Assembly (NCBI GenBank): GCA_049424145.1
Contig: JBMSSC010000095.1
Coordinates: forward strand, 1 to 10,568
Origin: Bdellovibrionia bacterium
GTDB taxonomy: Bacteria; Bdellovibrionota; UBA1018
DNA length: 10,568 nucleotides
Direction: 5' to 3'
Shown: one piece after another, positions 1 to 5,282 of the stretch
Layout of the letters: every line of letters begins with the position of its first letter
Position numbering within the stretch: position 1 is the stretch's first letter
Translations under genes and position numbers: made by a program
The notes under the pieces: generated by a model
Told to the model about the DNA's origin: nothing
Databases searched by the model: none
Seen by the model: the letters and a program-made list of their open reading frames with translations, nothing else

Positions 1-18
1 CTGGTCGCCCTTCATTTA

Positions 19-49
19 AAAAGTATTGATTTTGTTGAGAAAAGTATTG
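19..49. repeat. 10-bp direct repeat AAAAGTATTG (19-28 and 40-49) abutting the tRNA 3' end
   Basis: Two exact copies start 21 bp apart; the second overlaps the tRNA CCA end by 2 nt. The repeat is seen directly, but its function is unknown. Confidence 0.5.
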
Positions 50-121
50 GCTGGGGGACCTGGATTCGAACCAAGATAGCCAGAGTCAGAGTCTGGAGTC
101 CTACCGTTAGACGATCCCCCA
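48..121 (-). tRNA. tRNA-Gln (anticodon CTG), 74 nt, CCA encoded
   Basis: Reverse complement reads TGGGGGA TC GTC TAACGGTAG GAC T CCAGA CT-CTG-AC TCTGG CTAT CTTGG TTCGAAT CCAGG TCCCCCA G CCA. It has a 7-bp acceptor stem with U1-A72, a D arm with GG, a 5-bp anticodon stem (anticodon at 89-87), a TTCGAAT T loop, discriminator G and 3' CCA. Confidence 0.97.
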
Positions 122-140
122 ATCAGAACCGGTGATCTTT

Positions 141-172
141 GCGCTACTTACCAAATTCAATGGCTAAGTCAA
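141..172 (-). promoter_or_regulatory. putative sigma70-type promoter for tRNA-Gln
   Basis: Minus strand: TTGACT (172-167), 16-nt spacer ending TGG, TAAGTA (150-145), GCGC discriminator (144-141), about 20 nt upstream of the mature tRNA. A 16-bp spacer and GC-rich discriminator are typical of stable-RNA promoters; the -10 is non-consensus. Confidence 0.5.
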
Positions 173-238
173 ACTGAATTCTTTCGACTTCTGCAAGTTC
201 TTCTGCCTGATCTCAGAGAAAAGAGCCAGAAACCCAGC

Positions 239-1750
239 CTAGAGCGTCAAAACCTTTTCCAAACGACACTCCACAACATCCCAAGGGAGAATCGCCAAAA
301 GCTCAAAGAGACCGGCACTCACCAGTCGACCAGTCACGGTCAGGCGAATGGGCTGGGCCAAATCGCCCAGTTTCACGCCATGCTGATCTCCAATTTGCCG
401 TAAGGTCGCATCCACCTGCTCATGAGTGACTCCAAGGTCTTCTAAACAGGGACGAGAGCCCCAAACGCCGTCCCCTGGTTTTTTTCCGGAACTGGCAGAA
501 TCAAGTACCTGCTGCTTCCAGATCTGAATCAGGTGTTTAACGGCAGCTTGAGTTGCAGTTTTTAAATTCTGATCTTTCTCCCACTTCAACCCCTGGGGAT
601 CCACTTCAATGACTCCAGGGGTGCAAAGCGGCACCAACTGCTCTGCAATTTCAACTAACAACTTCACTTTTGGCTGAATTAAACTGACCAACCGGACGCC
701 CAAAGGGGCACGGGCACGCACTAGGGCATCGGCAGAAAAATGATGAGCATAGTCTTCAAGAACTAGGTCTCTTAAGCGCTCAGGCTCGGCCTTTCTCATG
801 TGAGCTCCATTAAGCCAATTGAGCTTCTCAAGATTGAAAACGGCGGCGCTTTTTTGCACATGATCAAAAGAGAAGAACTGAATCAACTCTTCGACGGAGA
901 AGACCTCCTGATCACCATGACTCCAGCCCAGCCGAGCAAGGAAGTTTAAAATAGCCTCAGGCAAGTATCCGTCAGCGCGATAGGCATTGGCTGAAACCGC
1001 TCCATGCCGCTTGGAGAGCTTCTTTTTGTCTGAGCCAAGAATCATGGGCAGATGTGCAAACTGAGGCACAGGATAATTCAAGAAGTGATACAGGTGCATC
1101 TGTTTGGGGGTATTATTGATGTGATCATCCCCGCGGAGAATATGAGTCATTCGCGAATGGACATCATCGACGACCACCGAGAGATTATAGGTGGGAGCTC
1201 CGTTGGAACGAATGAGAACGAAGTCATCTAAATCTTCATTTTGAAAGCGAATGGGTCCGCGAATGAGGTCCTGAAACTCAATGAACCCATCGAGGGGAAT
1301 TTTGGCCCGAATCACAAATGGGCGACCGTTGGTCGGTGAGTGATTCTGATCTCGGCAACGACGATCATATTGGGGTTTTTTTCCCTCTAAGATCGCCCGC
1401 TCTCTCATCTGCTCCACTTCATCTTCAGTACAAGTGCAGCGGTAGGCTAACCCACGAGCCACAAGGTCTTCTGCCTGATCGCGATAGACTTGCAGCCGTC
1501 GACTTTGAAAGATCGGCTCCTCATCCCAAGAGAGTCCCAGCCACTGGAGGGAGGCTAAAATATCCTTCGTGTAGCGTTCCTCTGAACGTTCGAGATCGGT
1601 ATCCTCAATTCGCAACAAAAATTGACCGCGATTTTGTCGAGCAAAGAGCCAATTGAATAAGGCCGCTCTGACTCCTCCAATGTGGAGAAACCCGGTGGGG
1701 GATGGAGCAAAACGAACACGGACCGGCAACTGAGTTGAATTCAAAGACAT
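239..1750 (-). CDS. gltX: glutamate--tRNA ligase (GluRS, class Ib), 503 aa
   Basis: RVRFAPSPTGFLHIGG (HIGH motif), FLLRIEDTD, Zn-site-like CTC...YDRRC, PTYN, THILRGDDHINNT, KLSKR (KMSKS motif), GYLPEAILNFLARLGW, and a C-terminal helical anticodon-binding region. AGGA lies 6 nt before the ATG. Confidence 0.97.
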   Translation of the reverse strand: MSLNSTQLPVRVRFAPSPTGFLHIGGVRAALFNWLFARQNRGQFLLRIEDTDLERSEERYTKDILASLQWLGLSWDEEPIFQSRRLQVYRDQAEDLVARGLAYRCTCTEDEVEQMRERAILEGKKPQYDRRCRDQNHSPTNGRPFVIRAKIPLDGFIEFQDLIRGPIRFQNEDLDDFVLIRSNGAPTYNLSVVVDDVHSRMTHILRGDDHINNTPKQMHLYHFLNYPVPQFAHLPMILGSDKKKLSKRHGAVSANAYRADGYLPEAILNFLARLGWSHGDQEVFSVEELIQFFSFDHVQKSAAVFNLEKLNWLNGAHMRKAEPERLRDLVLEDYAHHFSADALVRARAPLGVRLVSLIQPKVKLLVEIAEQLVPLCTPGVIEVDPQGLKWEKDQNLKTATQAAVKHLIQIWKQQVLDSASSGKKPGDGVWGSRPCLEDLGVTHEQVDATLRQIGDQHGVKLGDLAQPIRLTVTGRLVSAGLFELLAILPWDVVECRLEKVLTL

Positions 1751-1757
1751 GCGTTTT

Positions 1758-1785
1758 CCTATATCGTAAAGTGGATGGATCGCAA
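1758..1785 (-). promoter_or_regulatory. possible internal promoter for gltX
   Basis: In the 40-nt gap, minus strand: TTGCGA (1785-1780), 16 nt, TATAGG (1763-1758), 7 nt, ATG. It overlaps the alternative AGGA Shine-Dalgarno reading. Confidence 0.3.
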
Positions 1786-1790
1786 ACTGC

Positions 1791-2669
1791 TTACTGAACG
1801 ACGGGCTTTTGGCTAGCCGGCACGGGTTGAAAAGCTTGCATCTCGGCCTTCTCAGCCTGGTAAGCGTTCAAATAACTGGAGATGGACTTCTTAGTCTTCT
1901 CGTTGACCTGAAACACTGAGTTTCCCTGAGGATGTCCACCTAGACTCAAGCGAGAGAGTTCGGAGAACTGAAAAACCCGAGTTTCCCCTGGCTGATGACA
2001 ACTGACACAGTTTTGAACAACCAGCTTTTCCCCCCTCATGGCTGAGGGATCGGTGCGTCGCTTCAGGTACAACTCCCCAAACTGATCATGGGAGTTTGCG
2101 AGCTCAATGCGTTCGACCTGGGGAACGAAGTAAGTACCCAACGGAAGCCCCTCCTCGACGATACGCGGGCGGGAGGACCAGGGAACAATCGAATAAAGAG
2201 GACCCCGATCGGAAAACGGGGAATCTTGGGTGAATGCCAAAAACACGGGGTACTTAGTTAAAATGGATCGAGGCAGCAGAGCGCGAGAGCCTTGGGCCCC
2301 TTTTAGGACCACTAAATCAATCTGCGCACGACTCTCGGCAGAGAGCTGATCCAAGGCTTTTTCAACAACACTCAGAAGTAGAACCCCCTTCCACTTCACC
2401 ATTTTACCGTGAACCGGGTCGCGCTCCTGACTCTGGGTTTTTTTAAGATGAGCCAGCTCCGAAAGGGTAAAGGCCTGAAGCTCCTGATTTTTTCCCGACT
2501 CGGTCCAAGCCGTAATCAGACGAAAGGCATCCCTCGACTGACTCGCCAAACCCGTTGAAATCATGAAAGAATGGATCCAGCAGGTAGCCACGGCAACCCT
2601 CATGACCCGGCGGGCTAAAGGTAAAAAAACCCGGGGGCCAAAACACTTTTGGTGATCTTGCTTTTTCAT
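1791..2669 (-). CDS. putative exported monoheme c-type cytochrome with N-terminal molybdopterin-oxidoreductase-like domain, 292 aa
   Basis: Basic N-region followed by a moderately hydrophobic stretch (signal-peptide-like, to about LAS43). aa 67-190 show FTLSEL...WKGVLL...VVLKGAQG...LP...PVFLA...RGPL...VERIEL, which resembles the Oxidored_molyb fold. RGEKLVVQNCVSCH (CxxCH at aa 221-225, nt 2009-1995) and a terminal helix ISSYL fit class I cytochrome c. The start could be Met23. Confidence 0.75.
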   Translation of the reverse strand: MKKQDHQKCFGPRVFLPLARRVMRVAVATCWIHSFMISTGLASQSRDAFRLITAWTESGKNQELQAFTLSELAHLKKTQSQERDPVHGKMVKWKGVLLLSVVEKALDQLSAESRAQIDLVVLKGAQGSRALLPRSILTKYPVFLAFTQDSPFSDRGPLYSIVPWSSRPRIVEEGLPLGTYFVPQVERIELANSHDQFGELYLKRRTDPSAMRGEKLVVQNCVSCHQPGETRVFQFSELSRLSLGGHPQGNSVFQVNEKTKKSISSYLNAYQAEKAEMQAFQPVPASQKPVVQ

Positions 2670-2696
2670 TGCGCAGTTTCTCTCTTTTTCCTTCCT

Positions 2697-2705
2697 ACTA
2701 TACCA
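2697..2705 (-). promoter_or_regulatory. putative extended -10 promoter (TGgTATAGT) for the cytochrome/gltX transcript
   Basis: Minus strand TGG TATAGT at 2705-2697, followed by a purine-rich leader (AGGAAGGAAAAAGAGAG) to the ATG at 2669. There is no good -35. Confidence 0.5.
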
Positions 2706-2723
2706 GAGCTTGGGAAAAGAGTA

Positions 2724-2752
2724 TTGGATTCGTGACGTCTTTGTGCTAAGTA
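2724..2752 (+). promoter_or_regulatory. putative promoter of the rimP-nusA-infB operon
   Basis: TTGGAT (2724-2729), 17-nt spacer ending TGC, TAAGTA (2747-2752), positioned about 25 nt before the leader hairpin. Confidence 0.45.
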
Positions 2753-2777
2753 ACTACTACTTTTTAGGCCAAACACT

Positions 2778-2811
2778 AAAGAGTGGGCTTGCTCAGCCCG
2801 CTTTTTTTTTT
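2778..2811 (+). terminator. rimP-leader-type intrinsic terminator/attenuator hairpin
   Basis: AAAGAGTGGGCT-tgctc-AGCCCGCTTTTT stem (two G-U pairs) running into T10 (2802-2811). No plus-strand gene ends here, so it lies in the 5' leader. GAGTGGGC...GCCC(A/G)CT+T-tract hairpins are widely conserved upstream of rimP-nusA. Confidence 0.88.
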
Positions 2812-2877
2812 GCTAAAACAGCACTTTCTCCACTCGGATCTTCAGCCTAAGAAAACCTTGAAGTCTGATTAAGCCGG

Positions 2878-3069
2878 GTGCAGAAGGGGACCGAACCAAC
2901 GACTGATAAAATTCCAGATAATTTTATGAGAATGCGGTCAGGACGGAAAGTAACCGAAGGAGAAGAGAACCTCAGCTTTTTTGAGCTCAAGAAAATTGAA
3001 CTCTCCAAGCAAAGAGGGAAACTGGGAATCAAAAAAAATGAACCAAACGGATCAAAACAGAATTATTGA
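2878..3069 (+). CDS. possible small ORF (63 aa, Lys/Glu/Asn-rich), unknown function; may be non-coding
   Basis: GTG start with no clear SD. It fills most of the leader-to-rimP gap and is in the same frame as rimP. No recognisable motif. Confidence 0.2.
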   Translation: MQKGTEPTTDKIPDNFMRMRSGRKVTEGEENLSFFELKKIELSKQRGKLGIKKNEPNGSKQNY

Positions 3070-3090
3070 GTTAGGAGCTTAGGCCGGGAA

Positions 3091-3801
3091 ATGAACCTTC
3101 ATCAACCGCAATCTCAGGCCATTAGTCATCCTCACCATCAGCTCATCGAGCTGATCAGCCCGTTTGTTCGTCCTCTCGGGTATCGAATTATTGATCTTGA
3201 AGTTCAGACTCATCGCCAAAAGATTTTACGAATTTACATCGATTATTTAGAGACTGAAGCCGACTCCAGCTCTTGCAACCCTTCGAGCAAGCGAATTGGA
3301 ATTGAAGACTGCGTTCAAGTGAGTCGTGCACTCGATGAGCCCTTAGAGAAATTAACCGAGTTAGACACTCTGCTCAAAGGAGGCTACGAATTAGAGGTCT
3401 CCTCACCCGGAGTCAATCGAGCACTCAGGCTCCCCATTGATTTTCAAAATCATGCAGGTTGCAAAGTGCGAATCCATGTTTTTCGTGCACTGACGGGAGA
3501 AGAATTAGGAAATTTAGACTACCAACAAAAAAATCCGAAGCAGAAGAATTTTTTAGGGATCCTCAAAGGAGTTCAAACCTCCTCTCAGGGTCCCCACCTT
3601 TCTGAGGACAAAGTCATTTTATCTTTTCCTAAAACGGAAAAGCCTCAGAAAAAAAACTTGCGGCGTTCTCAATCGCCTCAAAATTCCTTCATTACGACAA
3701 ACAGCGAGGAAGAAGTGATCATCAGTATCCCTCTTCCCCTCATATCCAAGGCAAACCTCGAACCTGATTTTGACTTCGAGGGGAGCAACGAAAGAGAGTA
3801 G
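3091..3801 (+). CDS. rimP: ribosome maturation factor RimP, 236 aa (long, with loop insertions)
   Basis: LRIYID, IGIEDCVQVSR, YELEVSSPGVNRAL, C-terminal IPL..ISKANL; located immediately upstream of nusA. AGGAG at 3073-3077. Confidence 0.95.
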   Translation: MNLHQPQSQAISHPHHQLIELISPFVRPLGYRIIDLEVQTHRQKILRIYIDYLETEADSSSCNPSSKRIGIEDCVQVSRALDEPLEKLTELDTLLKGGYELEVSSPGVNRALRLPIDFQNHAGCKVRIHVFRALTGEELGNLDYQQKNPKQKNFLGILKGVQTSSQGPHLSEDKVILSFPKTEKPQKKNLRRSQSPQNSFITTNSEEEVIISIPLPLISKANLEPDFDFEGSNERE

Positions 3802-3805
3802 ACCG

Positions 3806-5242
3806 ATGAACCCTTCTGAATTAAGCAGAGTGATTGAAACTGTGGGCAAAGACCGCGGAATCAAAAAAGAAATCATTATTAGTGCTTTAGAGCAGGCTGT
3901 CCTCATGGCTGCCCAGAAAAAATTCGGACCTCATGCGGTTTTAGAGGCTCATTACAACAACGAAACCGGCGAAATCGACTTATTTCAATTCAAAAAAGTA
4001 GTCGAAAGTGAGCCTGAAATGCTCGATCCAGCAGAAGAAATCGAGCTTCAAGAGGCACGCAAACTTGATCCTGAAGCAGTAGTCGGAGATGAACTGGGGA
4101 TTAAAGTCGAAGGCACCGGGTTTGGCAGAATTGATGCACAGACCGCTAAGCAAGTGATCTTCCAAAAGGTTCGCGATGCAGAGCGAGAAATTATTTTTAA
4201 CGAATATGTGCACCGCAAGGGTGAAATCATCACGGGTATTGCCAGAAGAATTGAAAGAGGCAACCTCGTGATTGATTTAGGAAAGACCGATGCTCTTTTA
4301 CCCCGGAGTGAAATCATCCCTGGCGAACAATTTAAACCAGGGGATCGGGTGCAGGCTTACCTCTCTGAAGTGACTCTCACTCCTCGAGGGCCTCAGCTTT
4401 ACTTAACTCGGACCTCACCCAAGTACCTCATGAAGCTCTTTGAGGTGGAAGTACCCGAGATTCGTGAAAATATTGTGGAGATTAAGCTCTGTGCTCGTGA
4501 ACCGGGAGCCCGCTCTAAGATTTCTGTGGCCTCCAAGGATCGAGATGTCGATCCCGTGGGAGCTTGCGTGGGGATGAAGGGAATTCGGGTTCAGAACGTC
4601 ATCCAAGAACTCAAGGGCGAAAAAATCGACATTATCCCTTGGTCCGACAACCCTGTGATCTTTGTTCGTTCTGCTTTAGCTCCAGCTGAGATCTCCTCAG
4701 TGAGAATGGATGAAAGAAATCGAACGATGGAGATCATGGTTGAAGACGACCAACTTTCCTTAGCTATCGGAAGAAAAGGTCAAAATGTGCGTCTAGCGGC
4801 TCAACTGACCGGATGGCGGTTAGACATCATTTCTAAATCGAAACTTCAAAAACGAACCGCTGAGGCTCTATTTAATCTCCAACACATTGAAGGGGTGCAT
4901 GAGACGATGGCTCAGGCCATGTACCAGGCGGGCTATCATAATGCGCGCCAAATTGCGGAAGCCTCTTTGGAGAACCTGCAAAAAATTCCAGGTTATGATA
5001 CGGTAGAACTTGCCACTCAGCTCAAAGAGCGAGCCGCGGCGTTTATTGAAAAAGCCGGCGATATGCTCACCGTAGGAACCCCACACGAAGAAGATAAGGG
5101 AGTTTTCACGGCCCAACCCGTCACTCCGAAAGATGCAAAAGCACTGGCCGAAGAACGGCTGCGTGAAATGATGAAAAACGCAGGAACGAAGGCTGAAGGC
5201 GTAGAAGAAACAGCGCAAGAGAAAAAAGGAAAATCGGAATAA
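3806..5242 (+). CDS. nusA: transcription termination/antitermination factor NusA, 478 aa
   Basis: [23 protein letters not shown]1 domain, [33 protein letters not shown] (KH1), [25 protein letters not shown] (KH2), and one C-terminal HhH-like region. ATG 3806 (GAGAG at 3794-3798) is preferred over the TTG at 3770, which lies inside rimP. Confidence 0.97.
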   Translation: MNPSELSRVIETVGKDRGIKKEIIISALEQAVLMAAQKKFGPHAVLEAHYNNETGEIDLFQFKKVVESEPEMLDPAEEIELQEARKLDPEAVVGDELGIKVEGTGFGRIDAQTAKQVIFQKVRDAEREIIFNEYVHRKGEIITGIARRIERGNLVIDLGKTDALLPRSEIIPGEQFKPGDRVQAYLSEVTLTPRGPQLYLTRTSPKYLMKLFEVEVPEIRENIVEIKLCAREPGARSKISVASKDRDVDPVGACVGMKGIRVQNVIQELKGEKIDIIPWSDNPVIFVRSALAPAEISSVRMDERNRTMEIMVEDDQLSLAIGRKGQNVRLAAQLTGWRLDIISKSKLQKRTAEALFNLQHIEGVHETMAQAMYQAGYHNARQIAEASLENLQKIPGYDTVELATQLKERAAAFIEKAGDMLTVGTPHEEDKGVFTAQPVTPKDAKALAEERLREMMKNAGTKAEGVEETAQEKKGKSE

Positions 5243-5282
5243 GTTCATGTCAAACATTGAACTCACTGAGGGAGCCAACCGA

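Noticed and set aside
2595..2620. Twin-arginine (Tat) signal in the cytochrome (LARRVMR)
   Set aside because: It does not match S/T-R-R-x-F-L-K, and c-type cytochromes are normally Sec-exported for heme attachment.
1318..2646. ORFs 1318-1656 (+) and 2443-2646 (-)
   Set aside because: They are fully nested in gltX or the cytochrome gene, with no recognisable features.
2755..3090. tRNA-Met (metY-like) or a known riboswitch upstream of rimP
   Set aside because: I found no cloverleaf or TTCRA T-loop and no recognisable aptamer consensus by eye.
3064..3130. Selenocysteine recoding of the in-frame TGA at 3067
   Set aside because: No convincing bacterial SECIS hairpin follows the codon, and there is no redox-motif context. 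Generic read-through is left open as a finding.
3031..3656. A8 runs (3031-3038, 3649-3656) as frameshift or phase-variation sites
   Set aside because: The runs are short and encode Lys-rich stretches, and rimP is intact with conserved motifs on both sides of the 3649-3656 run.
3770..3805. ORF-track TTG start for nusA (490 aa)
   Set aside because: It lies inside rimP. ATG 3806 has a purine-rich SD-like sequence and matches where NusA homology begins (SEL..VIE.V).
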